A stretch of DNA of 64,000 nt from Epithemia pelagica (taxonomy: Eukaryota > Protista > Bacillariophyta), in NCBI GenBank assembly GCA_946965045.2, contig OX337232.1, forward strand, positions 124,001 through 188,000, in the 5' to 3' direction. The notes beneath the pieces were generated by a model. It was given only the letters and a program-made list of their open reading frames with translations. It was not told where the DNA came from and did no database searches. Positions within the stretch are counted from its first letter, which is position 1. Each line of letters begins with the position of its first letter. The translations under genes were made by a program, and so were the position numbers. Positions 24,207-34,420 of the stretch are shown piece by piece.

Positions 24207-24905
24207 CTATGCATTTTGCTCTTCTTCATTTGCCTCCTCTTCTTCAGTTTCTTCCTCGTCTTCGTTCTCCGATTCATCCTCTTCCTCCAATTCATCCGTG
24301 TCATAAATTCTGCCCTCTCCTTGCAGAAATGGGACAATGGCTTCCATAACAATAACCACTTGGTTGCACCGATAGTGACTCTTTTTGTGTTCCTTCCACC
24401 CATTTTCATACCACCGACTCCATTCGACAAAGGACCTCTTCTCGTGGTTGCTGTTCTGATCCGTACTGGTCAAACACGCAAATTTCCAAATGGCCAACTC
24501 CAACAAGGAGGTGCGTTCTAAATGTGCATACCAGGCCAAACGTTCATGGGCGCTGCGGACTAACGCTTGATCTTCTTGCATGACCGCTCTTCCAATCATC
24601 TCGTAGATCTGGCCGCGCCAAGGTCCATTGGGAGACACGTATTGTTCAATCATGGGAGGTAAGTGATTGGCACGATCACGAACATAAAGAATTTCTTTTA
24701 CTCGAGCCATGATTTTGCGGCTACGAATCTTGTGGGGCCATGTTTTGAAATGATCTTCCGATACCTTGAACTCTGTTTCGCAGACATGACAATACCGGTG
24801 CTTGACGCCGTTGGTGGTACGAACCGGTGTCGCCGATGTGCAAATGGCTTTGGCGTCGACAAACAACGCCAGAGATTTCTCCGAATCACTATTGCTTGTG
24901 GCCAT
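24207..24905 (-). CDS. Zn-finger-like + LLELAVWK family protein, copy 5
   Basis: YCHVC-x9-H-x5-H; ERTSLLELAIWKF; HKKSHYRCNQVV; acidic tail. Confidence 0.75.
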   Translation of the reverse strand: MATSNSDSEKSLALFVDAKAICTSATPVRTTNGVKHRYCHVCETEFKVSEDHFKTWPHKIRSRKIMARVKEILYVRDRANHLPPMIEQYVSPNGPWRGQIYEMIGRAVMQEDQALVRSAHERLAWYAHLERTSLLELAIWKFACLTSTDQNSNHEKRSFVEWSRWYENGWKEHKKSHYRCNQVVIVMEAIVPFLQGEGRIYDTDELEEEDESENEDEEETEEEEANEEEQNA

Positions 24906-26070
24906 TGTTTCAGAGACGCTTCTTGCAACGCACTAACAGAGGAGATACCGGCGGTGTATGCAGTTGAAAGATAGAGTTGATGTCTTCTAAACCGAGGGCT
25001 TCTTGCCGCAATCTTTTGTGTTTCGATCATTGTCGGTCGGCGGTCGCAGCAGGGTTTTCTTTACTAGGTTCGCTATGTGGGCCGGTTTTGCGGATGTGGT
25101 GGAGTGAAGAGATGGAATAAAGAGACGCAAGCGCTATTACTCCGGAGTAGGAGTACTACTCTCCTACTCCTCTATATATGGAAAAGGATTAAGGAGTAGG
25201 AAAAGTACTCCGATGCTGCGGTAGAAACGACTATATCACAGTGAGCATGAATTTATTTCATGTTTGCCAACCTAGCTAATAGACTTTTTTGGGAACCATC
25301 ATCTAGTCGAGGAACCTTCGCTGGATGGTGCTTTTGTTGCGACTACGTTTCTCGACCGATACTTTTGCCTGGTTTGCGTCATGATACAAAAGGCCGTGCT
25401 GCGCGAGTCCATGGACACGAACAAACGAATGGGGTGGCACCAACAACGGAATCTCTCTCCTCCCTCTTTTTCATGTCCGACAGATCCACATGGAGTCACA
25501 CGCCTGAACCAGGTGCAACCAAGGATAAACATATAATTCAGGCAGTTTGAGGTTTGGATTTGTCGGCAGCGTTTGTGTGGTTATTGTTGTTGCTCCCTTG
25601 CCTTGCTATGTTCGCCATGTATCTTCAGTCTTCCAGTTTGCGCCAATGGCGATAGAAAAGACTATATGGCAGAGGTGGAGCAGCACAACCAATCTACCGT
25701 AACCCTGGAAGCGGCTCACAAGGACGAACTCTATCATCGAGGCTTGGCCTTGCATGTCCAATTAGGTTTGTAACGTCAATCCAAGCTCATTATGATTATC
25801 TGGTCCTGGCCATGACAAACCAGACCCTCTAGCAAACAAAAACTCACAAACCAGGAGCGCACTCCAATTTGCAAAGTGTGTGATTGGAACAACAAGACGA
25901 TCCAAACCAACAAATGGTACTCCTAGGAGAACAAACGCTCTCGAGAGACAACACACGACATGAAACAATGTTCCTAGTTACACTCTTACACAAATGTCTT
26001 CCAGATCTACCGTAGCTCTCGAATCCACAGGTGGTTTTCCAGTGCTAATGTAGCAACGGAATAACCTGTT

Positions 26071-27336
26071 TCATGATGATCCGTCCATCGTTTCGTCCTT
26101 CAGAAATGGCACAACGTGCTTCATAATACTCACAAGGCGGTTGCTCCGATAATGAGTCTTTTTGTGATCCTTCCATCCAGTGGCAAGCCAACGCTTCCAT
26201 TCGAGATAGCTCCAGCCTCGCGATTTCTCGGACTTGGCGGCCGTGTCGCATGAATCGCAGACAAACTTCCATACTGCCAGTTCCAGTAAAGAGATGCGTT
26301 CCAACGATTCGTACCAAGGAAGATGACGCTTCCTGGTCTTGACAGTCAAAGAAACATCCTCTTCCAGAATGGCGCGTACAATCAGTTCATAGATTTTGGG
26401 CTGAAACGGACCATGACAAGACAAACTTTGTTCCATCCTTGAGAGAATGAATTCTGCATTGTCACGAACTTCGAGAATAGTGCGGACTCTTGACCTGACA
26501 TCCCCGTGACAGCAATACTTGCCTGTGAATTCAACGCTCACCAACGGCTCTAAAACTTGATCAGAATTCCTGATTCTGCTCTTGGTGTTGTCTTTCGCTT
26601 TGAGTGAGTCACTCCGAATCTCTTCATCAAAAAGAAATGGCACAATCGCATTCACGAGAATGACGACTTGATTGCAGCGAAATTGTTGTTTCTTGTAGGC
26701 CTTCCAGCCATTTGCGTCCCATTGCTTCCATTCGAGATAGGTGCGCGGACCCTTGGTGTCGTCACCAAATGGATTCACAGTGACACATGTGAATTTCCAA
26801 ACAGCTAATTCCAATAATGAGATGTGTTCCAAGTGCTTGTATTTGAGTAACAAACTGTTGGCATCTTGGACTAATTTCGGCTCCTCCTCCATAAAGGCTC
26901 GTCCAATCAGCTCGTAGATTTTACCCTGCCAAGGGCCGTAGGGAGATAAGCTATGTTTTATCAATGACGGGAGAAGCCGAGCATCATCGCGAATTTGAAT
27001 AATAGTTGTGACACGAGCCGAAATTTCTTTTGCTCGAGCCTCGTGCTGACGTGAACTTGAATGAGATTCCTCTGACGTGAACTCAATGTTGCAAAGTCTG
27101 CAAAATTCGAATTGGACGTTGTTGTTGGATTCTTTTCTGCGTCTATACGGGTCCAGTCTTATGGGTTCGATTCTTGGAGGTTCGATTCCACTAATGCTTA
27201 CAAGCTTTGACAGCTCGTCCTCGGTTCTTGGTTTCGCCATGGTGGCGAATTTGTCACAGGGTACTTGCTGGATATCCTTTCCGCGAAGAAACACCAACGT
27301 GTGAGCACATCCAGGTATCACATCAAAGTCTGACAT
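26071..27336 (-). CDS. Two-domain LLELAVWK family protein, copy 6
   Basis: One finger plus two tandem LLELAVWK domains in a single 421-aa ORF. Confidence 0.72.
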   Translation of the reverse strand: MSDFDVIPGCAHTLVFLRGKDIQQVPCDKFATMAKPRTEDELSKLVSISGIEPPRIEPIRLDPYRRRKESNNNVQFEFCRLCNIEFTSEESHSSSRQHEARAKEISARVTTIIQIRDDARLLPSLIKHSLSPYGPWQGKIYELIGRAFMEEEPKLVQDANSLLLKYKHLEHISLLELAVWKFTCVTVNPFGDDTKGPRTYLEWKQWDANGWKAYKKQQFRCNQVVILVNAIVPFLFDEEIRSDSLKAKDNTKSRIRNSDQVLEPLVSVEFTGKYCCHGDVRSRVRTILEVRDNAEFILSRMEQSLSCHGPFQPKIYELIVRAILEEDVSLTVKTRKRHLPWYESLERISLLELAVWKFVCDSCDTAAKSEKSRGWSYLEWKRWLATGWKDHKKTHYRSNRLVSIMKHVVPFLKDETMDGSS

Positions 27337-27420
27337 TCTCCCAATGTATCACATCAAAGTCTGACATTCTGCCCTCAAAGTCTGACATTCTCCCAATGTA
27401 TCACATCAAAGTCTGACATT
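27317..27420. repeat. Four direct copies of TCAAAGTCTGACATT (partly a 32-nt unit)
   Basis: Read directly from the sequence; the paralogous position (~23776) has only one copy. Confidence 0.85.
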
Positions 27421-27619
27421 GTTAGGAATCTTCGCCGTCTAGGTAGTCGCAGGGACTTTAAAGAAGAGCAAGAGGCGGCATGGCAAGATTCACCACGTAC
27501 CATGAAACAAGAGAATCATGATTCGATCAACTCAAACGGAAAAGCCATTGGATGTACCTAAAGTCGAAGCAAATCACTGATGAACATGAAGAAAGCGTGG
27601 CACATGACAGTCTTGGGTC

Positions 27620-28400
27620 TTGGGGGTTTGTGGTCCAAGTTCTTTGCGTCGGTAGTGTCCATGGAGGATTCGTACTCTTCTTCAAGTTCTTGTGTGCGTC
27701 CCTCGTTTCGTTGTCGTCGTCGTCTTTTTCGAAAATGTGTAACCCGCATCCTGATTGCCACAACAAGTTCGCTACAAGAGCCCAAGCTGTTTGTGATTCT
27801 TTTTATCCAACTACCGCTTCCATATTCGAGATACCTCCAGCAGCCTCGCGAATCCACAAACCTAGCGGTGTCGCTTCCAAGAAGGAGATGCCCGTTCCAA
27901 CCATTTGAACCACGCACGCACAATGTCGCATCATTCGGGTGTCCTACCTCCAACGATTCTCCTCTCGAATTGACCATACCAACAGTTTCTCAATCGTACC
28001 ACCAACCCAAACCAAACCCGAAAACGACCCACAAGCTTTGTTGCAGCATTGTTTTGGATGGAATCGATTCGGCCTCTCCCGACGAATGGTGAGAATCGGG
28101 AGGACGACGACTCCACATGAGGCTGCTGCGGACCCCTACTACGATGCTGACGGTAGCATCGATACCCATTCTCGAATGGCAGGAGGCTGGATCCCATTTC
28201 CTGATTCTGTCGTGACCAATTGTTGTGGCATACGTCAATGTACGAATTGCTGGATCATGGAGGAATGGCGTTCACCATGAGAATGACAACTTGAATGCAG
28301 CAATGATGAGTGCTCTGTCTAGCTAGTACACACTCCAAACCATGTTCGTCCCAACGCGTCCATTCGAGAGGTAGGTTCGGGGCATTTTCTCCTCGTGTCT
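27620..28400 (-). pseudogene. Highly degenerate LLELAVWK-family remnants (two patches)
   Basis: GHLLLG..RFV / RYLEYGSGSW / CSELVVAIRMRVTHF + acidic tail (27620-27900), and PRTYL / CIQVVILMVNAIP (28250-28400). Confidence 0.45.
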
Positions 28401-28452
28401 TGACATCGCCCGTTTGCTTTCACCACCGCTCGCCATTCTCCCATTCTCCCAT

Positions 28453-29073
28453 TCATCCGTATCTTCTTCTCCGTTGTCCTTGTGTCGTCTTGTCGTCGTG
28501 GAGAAAGGGGATAATGGCCTTCATCAAAAGAACCACTTGCTGGCAACGATAGTGACTCTTTTTGTGTTCCTTCCACCCGCTGGCATACCACCGACTCCAT
28601 TCCACAAAGGACCTTTTCTGGTTGTCTTTCTTTGGATCCGTACTGGTCAAACACGCAAACTTCCACACGGCCAACTCCAACAAGGAGATGCCTTCCAACT
28701 TTTTGTAGTGAAGCAAGAGCTCATTGGCATCTTGACGAATCGATCGATCCTCCATCACTTCTCTTCCAATCGCCTCATAAATCTTGCCCCGCCAAGGGCC
28801 ATGCGGAGACAGGTCCTTCTCCAGTTGTTTGGGAAGACGGCGGAAATTGTCGCGCGAACGCACAATTCGATACGTGAAATGGACAATCTCCTCGACCGCG
28901 CGTTGGTGCTGCAGCGTCTCTTCATGAGTTTGTTCGTTGGTACCGAAATGGGTATTGCAGAGGGCACAAACGTCGTCTCCCCTGTCATAACAATATCGAT
29001 GCGATCGAAATGACTTGACTCCAACGCCAATAAAGTCCAACCAATCATAATCCTCCTCGTTGTTTCCAGCCAT
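28453..29073 (-). CDS. Zn-finger-like + LLELAVWK family protein, copy 7
   Basis: CALC-x10-H-x5-H and family motifs; direct counterpart of 56752..57369. Confidence 0.75.
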   Translation of the reverse strand: MAGNNEEDYDWLDFIGVGVKSFRSHRYCYDRGDDVCALCNTHFGTNEQTHEETLQHQRAVEEIVHFTYRIVRSRDNFRRLPKQLEKDLSPHGPWRGKIYEAIGREVMEDRSIRQDANELLLHYKKLEGISLLELAVWKFACLTSTDPKKDNQKRSFVEWSRWYASGWKEHKKSHYRCQQVVLLMKAIIPFLHDDKTTQGQRRRRYG

Positions 29074-29380
29074 TGTGATGTTCTGTTGTGGTTTGGATGC
29101 GGTGTCTCACCGCATGGCGTTTTGGGGGTATGCGTTTGTTTCCTTCCTTCTCTCATTCATTGCGCCCCATTACTCGCCATCTTGCCCATTTTTATTCGCC
29201 ATCACCCCCTCTTCTTTTCGTTTTTCTGGGGTGCCTGTCCGGCTGTCCGTCCGCGATCGCGTTGGGACTGGAAACTGGATGGGGAGAAATCCATGCCAAC
29301 AACAATAAGGCTACCGATACATAGCGACCATAGCACAATTCGTTGCCCGAGTAGATCGCTGCAGCTCTGAACAAAACACC

Positions 29381-32300
29381 TGATTCAAGCACACCCGGAA
29401 ACACCACTCACAGACCACATGGACGACGAGTTCTTCCGCAAACACAACATGCACGTTTGCCTTCAATGCAACAAACCATCGACAATATACACCTCCGCCG
29501 CACACTTACGGAACCACAGAGAGAATAAACATACTACGACCGACAACAATCTTGACATAGTCCTGAAAACGTACCGCCATGCCTCCGAACACGTCAAAAC
29601 CAACTGGAAACAGGGGCTGGCCTTCCTCCACCGTCTACAGCCATCACCGCCCCCCTTTCGCCGATCAACATGGCACCGCCTCAAACACCCACAGCGCAAG
29701 GAATACTTCGTAACCTACAACAATGTCGTCACCTGGGTCCTTGAAGCCACAACACCCCTCGGAGAATCCATCGTCCGGGACACACAACCACACCCCTCCC
29801 TCATCGACTCGGCCCCCTTTTGGAAGCTCCTTCTCCTGCTCGAGCCACTCCTTCTCGGGCCCATCCAACACACCCAACACAGAAAACACTCGGCCGCCAT
29901 CAGAGAACGCGTCAACCTCCTCAAAGAAGGCCGCCTCCAGGAACTCCACGAAATGGTGTGGAACCCACCCACACAACCACCCCCAAAACACCGAAAGAAG
30001 AAAACCCACAGACGACACAACAACAACAACACAATCGACCCATCTCGGATCAAGGCAGCCCAACAAGCCGCCGACGTCGGCAACTACTCAACAGCATTCT
30101 CCCGTCTCACCACACACATGCCAACCGCCAAACTCACCCCAGCCCGAGTCGCAACCATCCAGAAAGAACTCTTCCCACCAAGACGAGACCCACCACCACT
30201 GACAAGAACTCGGGGATGCCGCCCAGTGCCCCCTCCCACCGACCAATTTCTCAAACTCAGCCCCAACTTGTTCGAACTTTCCCTCCGAATGATGAAACCG
30301 GGCACCGCCTCTGGGCCCTACGCCACCAGCACAGACGCCATCGTGACCATGGCGCTACACCGAACCGCCAGGACTCCCAACGCCACCCGGCCCTATTTCC
30401 GCAACCTCCAAGACCTGTTCCAACTTCTCGTCACGGCACAGCTTCCTCCATCCGTCCACCCCCTCCTCTCCAGCAACTATTTCCTTGCCCTCCACAAGGA
30501 TCCCGCCAAGCCCGAGAAACTACGGCCCATCGGCATCGGAACTGCCCTCAGGCGCATCGCGGCCAAGACCGCCCTCCTGCACTGCACCGACGACATCCGT
30601 CCCCTCCTCCTCCAGGCCGGCCAATACGGGATACAGATCCCAGGCGGCATCGATTTTGTGGCACACACCACAACCAACCACGTACAACAATACATCACCG
30701 AACCGTCTACCCCTACCCGAGCCCTCGTCCTCTTAGACTTGCACAATATGTTTAATAACACTTCGCGCACGGCGGCGCGAAAACTCCTCCTCGACCACCA
30801 AGCAACCCGACCCCTGGTGCCCCTCTACGACCTTCTCACCCAATCACCAACCCCATCCTGGTACTTTGACGACAACGACACGGCCGCACGATTCACGCAG
30901 CAAGAAGGCTTCCCTCAGGGCTGCCCCCTGAGCCCCCTCTTCTCCTGCCTCGTCCTCCGAGCACTCACGACCCGCCTCAACGAAGAACAACACCAACGAG
31001 CACGACAAAGAAAACACAACGGACAACTCCTTGACGACGGTCAGGGTGGCCTTGCCCACACAGCGTCCATCATGGACGACACCTCGGTGTGTTTGCCACA
31101 CGCCGACCTTCCATGGTTCCTCAGGAGACTCGAAGAACTCGGTGCCCCACTGGGCATACGCCTCAACAAAGGCAAAACCCACATCCTCTCCACAACCAGC
31201 GGCTCCTCTCCATCCACCTCCCTTAGTCCCAACGACAAGAAAAGCCTATACGAAGCACTCGTCTTCCTCGACCCCAACAACCCAGACGACCGCGAGATCA
31301 CGGGAGGAACCCGCTTCCTCGGCCAACCAGTGGGATCACCCTCCTTTGCCCGACACTTCCTCCACCTGCGCCTCCAAACCATGGCAGCGCACATCGACCT
31401 CCTCGAAAACCTACCGGACCTCCAAACTAGAAGCCACCTCTTCCGCTACTCCCTCATCCCTTCACTGACACACCTCCTCGCTGCCGACATTGCCCTCGCC
31501 CACCCAGACCCCGACTCGACAACCACCATTTGGCAGAGCCCCGTCACCAACGAGACACTCCGGTTGATTGCCACTTTCCTTTCCCACGTCACCACCCTTC
31601 CACCCACGGATATCACCACCATGGCCATCACCATCGCGGCCCTTCCAAACCGCCTAGGTGGCATCGGCTACCACAACCCCACCGCCATCGCCCGACCTTC
31701 CCTCATCACACAAACAGCACGATCCATCCGCCTTGCATCCTCAACCGAACAACCAATCCCGCCCATGCACCGGGACACTTTTGTCCACTGGCACGACAGC
31801 GAACGCCCATGGTTCCAGGCCTTCCGTAGGAGTATCGCCCTCTTCGCACACGAACAGGCCCCACCCTTCCTCACCGACCCAGCCCGCTTCGACCAAACAA
31901 CTCACCGCCAGCTGGTCCACCACACCACCATCGAACACGTCCTCCCCGCCCTGATCCAAGCCACCCCGCCAGAACTCCGTGCCTCGTTGCCTTCGACACT
32001 CTCACCGCTCACGAGTCTTGCCCTGCACCTCCCTCGGACGGCAGAAGCGTTCCGAATGGACAACGCCATCTTCCGCACGGCCCTCCGCCGCAAGCTCCGC
32101 CTCCCAGTACTCCCCCCACACCTTTGCTCCAACTGCATCTGCCCCGCCAGCCCCCACTTGGACCCCGAAGGCGACCATCTCTTCTCTTGTACCGCCGCAC
32201 CCAAAACGGCCTTGTCCAATGCCATCCGGGACACCACCTTTGACCTTCTCCAACACCTAGCTCCCAGGGCCGGCCTCACCGAGGACCACTTCGGCGTCCA

Positions 32301-33130
32301 CTTGGAACCCCCGGGGCTAGCGCCACAACACTCACGTAACATCCGCCCGGCGGATGTCGGTCTCCTCCTTGCCCCGCCACACGACAACGAGCCTTTCCAC
32401 TACGTGGCTCTGGATATTACCGTCCCTCCCCCTCACTCTCGCGATCCTCTTCCTGACCCGGCCGACCACAACGCCCTTGCACTCGCTGCCTCAAGACCGC
32501 ATCAGGAATCCGCCAGAGCGAAGTTCTGCCGAGACGACGACACCGCTTCCCACCTCCTCAGCAATGGAATCTACCTCTTGCCCTTCACTGTGGACCACCT
32601 CGGATCCCTGGGCTCCTTTGCCCACAACCTCTTGTTCCACCCCGACGACAATCCGCACCCGTTCTCCTCTGCTCTTCCCCCGACATGGGAAGATCCACAC
32701 TTCGGTCGCAACTCTGCCCGAAGCAAGTCCCATCCTGCTGCCTTTTCCCTTTATCGCGAACTCTCCCACCTGCCACGGAACATCACCGCAAAAGCAACCT
32801 CACGTACTCCTGGATTCAAATACCCAGAAGCCCACATCGCTTCCATCGGACACTTCGCACGGGCATCGTTGGCCCATTCCATCGTCTCGTCCCTTGCCAC
32901 TCATCTCAACAAACAGATATCCATCCTGCAGAACAGAGAATTCGTCGGCCGGATGAAAAAAAACTCAGCGCGAACGCTTAGCCACCCCAGGATTTGCCCC
33001 ACAACTGCCACTTTACACACCGTTCACACTAGCACAATTCTTCACATCACTTCCCACATCACCCCACCAGCTAAGTGGCCCTGCCGCTTAGCCACACACC
33101 ACACACCGTAGAACACCATAAAATAACATA
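29381..33130 (+). mobile_element. CRE-like (R2-group, REL-endonuclease) non-LTR retrotransposon
   Basis: Absent from the homologous empty site in block B (56484-56530). Single ORF with RT and restriction-like endonuclease. Ends are approximate because both junctions are A/C-rich. Confidence 0.8.
29419..33111 (+). CDS. Non-LTR polyprotein: C2H2 finger, reverse transcriptase, Zn-knuckle, REL endonuclease
   Basis: CLQC...HLRNHRENKH; KLRPIGIGTALRRIAAK; LDLHNMFN; GFPQGCPLSPLF; SIMDD; RLNKGKT; RFLGQPVG; CICP...DPEGDHLFSC; RPADV...ALDITV. Confidence 0.9.
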   Translation: MDDEFFRKHNMHVCLQCNKPSTIYTSAAHLRNHRENKHTTTDNNLDIVLKTYRHASEHVKTNWKQGLAFLHRLQPSPPPFRRSTWHRLKHPQRKEYFVTYNNVVTWVLEATTPLGESIVRDTQPHPSLIDSAPFWKLLLLLEPLLLGPIQHTQHRKHSAAIRERVNLLKEGRLQELHEMVWNPPTQPPPKHRKKKTHRRHNNNNTIDPSRIKAAQQAADVGNYSTAFSRLTTHMPTAKLTPARVATIQKELFPPRRDPPPLTRTRGCRPVPPPTDQFLKLSPNLFELSLRMMKPGTASGPYATSTDAIVTMALHRTARTPNATRPYFRNLQDLFQLLVTAQLPPSVHPLLSSNYFLALHKDPAKPEKLRPIGIGTALRRIAAKTALLHCTDDIRPLLLQAGQYGIQIPGGIDFVAHTTTNHVQQYITEPSTPTRALVLLDLHNMFNNTSRTAARKLLLDHQATRPLVPLYDLLTQSPTPSWYFDDNDTAARFTQQEGFPQGCPLSPLFSCLVLRALTTRLNEEQHQRARQRKHNGQLLDDGQGGLAHTASIMDDTSVCLPHADLPWFLRRLEELGAPLGIRLNKGKTHILSTTSGSSPSTSLSPNDKKSLYEALVFLDPNNPDDREITGGTRFLGQPVGSPSFARHFLHLRLQTMAAHIDLLENLPDLQTRSHLFRYSLIPSLTHLLAADIALAHPDPDSTTTIWQSPVTNETLRLIATFLSHVTTLPPTDITTMAITIAALPNRLGGIGYHNPTAIARPSLITQTARSIRLASSTEQPIPPMHRDTFVHWHDSERPWFQAFRRSIALFAHEQAPPFLTDPARFDQTTHRQLVHHTTIEHVLPALIQATPPELRASLPSTLSPLTSLALHLPRTAEAFRMDNAIFRTALRRKLRLPVLPPHLCSNCICPASPHLDPEGDHLFSCTAAPKTALSNAIRDTTFDLLQHLAPRAGLTEDHFGVHLEPPGLAPQHSRNIRPADVGLLLAPPHDNEPFHYVALDITVPPPHSRDPLPDPADHNALALAASRPHQESARAKFCRDDDTASHLLSNGIYLLPFTVDHLGSLGSFAHNLLFHPDDNPHPFSSALPPTWEDPHFGRNSARSKSHPAAFSLYRELSHLPRNITAKATSRTPGFKYPEAHIASIGHFARASLAHSIVSSLATHLNKQISILQNREFVGRMKKNSARTLSHPRICPTTATLHTVHTSTILHITSHITPPAKWPCRLATHHTP

Positions 33131-33146
33131 AACCAACAACAACAAC

Positions 33147-33866
33147 ATGCCATATACAAGGTTTGGATATGACGAGGAGGATGGTCGGTCCCCGTTTATC
33201 GACATTCGAGTTCGAGAGTATCCATCCTACTTTCTGCGCGACAACGTTTGTGCACTCTGCCAAGCGCACGTGGTTGATCAAGACACGCATGAAACATCGC
33301 CGCAGCACAAACGCGCTCTCCAGGAATTGCTCCGTCGCACTCGGAGATTTCTCCAAGTCCGGGATGCAGCTCGCACTCTTCCCGAACAAATGTATGAGGG
33401 ATTGTCTCCCCATGGTCCATGGCAGGGCAAGATTTACGAAATCATTGGAAGAACCGCCATGGATGCCGATCCAACGAATGTGATTCAAGATGCCCACAAA
33501 CTCTTGCTCCAGTACCAACACTGGGAACGCATCTCCTTGTTGGAGTTGGCCGTGTGGAAATTTGCATGCTTGAACAGTATGGATGATGAGAATGGGAAGA
33601 CATCCTTTCTCGAATGGAGTCGCTGGTTTGAAAGCGGGTGGAAGCAACACAAGAAAAGTCACTATCGGTGCGACCAAGTGGTGATTGTAATGAAGGCCAT
33701 TGTCCCATTTCTCCAACCAGACGAGACGACGAAAGACAAGGAACAAGACGACTCGGATGAATGGGAGAACCTCGAGCCGCCGGAGAACCATGAGTTGGAC
33801 AGTGCCGATGAGTTGGACCGTACCGAAGATTCGAATAGTGATGATGATGATGATGATGATGATTAG
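33147..33866 (+). CDS. Zn-finger-like + LLELAVWK family protein, copy 8
   Basis: CALC-x9-H-x5-H, family motifs and poly-Asp tail; counterpart of 55737..56483. Confidence 0.75.
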   Translation: MPYTRFGYDEEDGRSPFIDIRVREYPSYFLRDNVCALCQAHVVDQDTHETSPQHKRALQELLRRTRRFLQVRDAARTLPEQMYEGLSPHGPWQGKIYEIIGRTAMDADPTNVIQDAHKLLLQYQHWERISLLELAVWKFACLNSMDDENGKTSFLEWSRWFESGWKQHKKSHYRCDQVVIVMKAIVPFLQPDETTKDKEQDDSDEWENLEPPENHELDSADELDRTEDSNSDDDDDDDD

Positions 33867-34079
33867 CATATACTACAAACGGTTTCCTCTGGTCCACACA
33901 ACAATCAACATCCAAGTGACGCACCAACATGCACCAAGGATTTCGAAAGTCACGGCTTTCAAAAATCGAGTGGACCATGAACTCCAAAGGGTATCCGTTT
34001 TGCTTTGTTGGACGATGGTGCTTCGTGGCAGAATGCTGAGATCTAGGAGCGTGTTGGCCTACCTACTTGGCGCTACTAT

Positions 34080-34420
34080 CTATGGGAAAGGATTGGTCCA
34101 TCCAACAGAAATCTCCTTGTTGGAACTCGGCGTATGATAGTCTTGGTGTCTTGACGACGATGGTGTGGTTGCCACAGGATCCGACGTTTGTCCAATATGG
34201 CACATTCCAATGCACACACACACAAGTCATCTCGTGATTCGAATTCTTTGTGGTTTGGAACTTCACATGTATCGTCATTGTGAATCCAATCGATCCAGAC
34301 GACGACGACGACACCTCCAACGGTTCGCATTGCACCTGTCTCGAATGAAAGCCGCCATGGAACGAAACTGGCAGAACGGCTTACAAGAAATTGGGTGAAT
34401 CTTGTATGGATCATGGGTTG
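34080..34420 (+). pseudogene. Degenerate LLELAVWK copy
   Basis: SLLELG, VWNFTCIVIVNP..DDD, AYKK fragments with stops and frameshifts. Confidence 0.55.

Noticed and set aside
27317-27420. CRISPR-like repeat array
   Set aside because: Eukaryotic context; the intervening sequences are themselves repeated rather than unique spacers, and there are no cas genes.
29375-33117. AACACC on both sides of the non-LTR element as a TSD
   Set aside because: Short and in A/C-rich sequence, would leave no 3' UTR, and does not match the empty site unambiguously.
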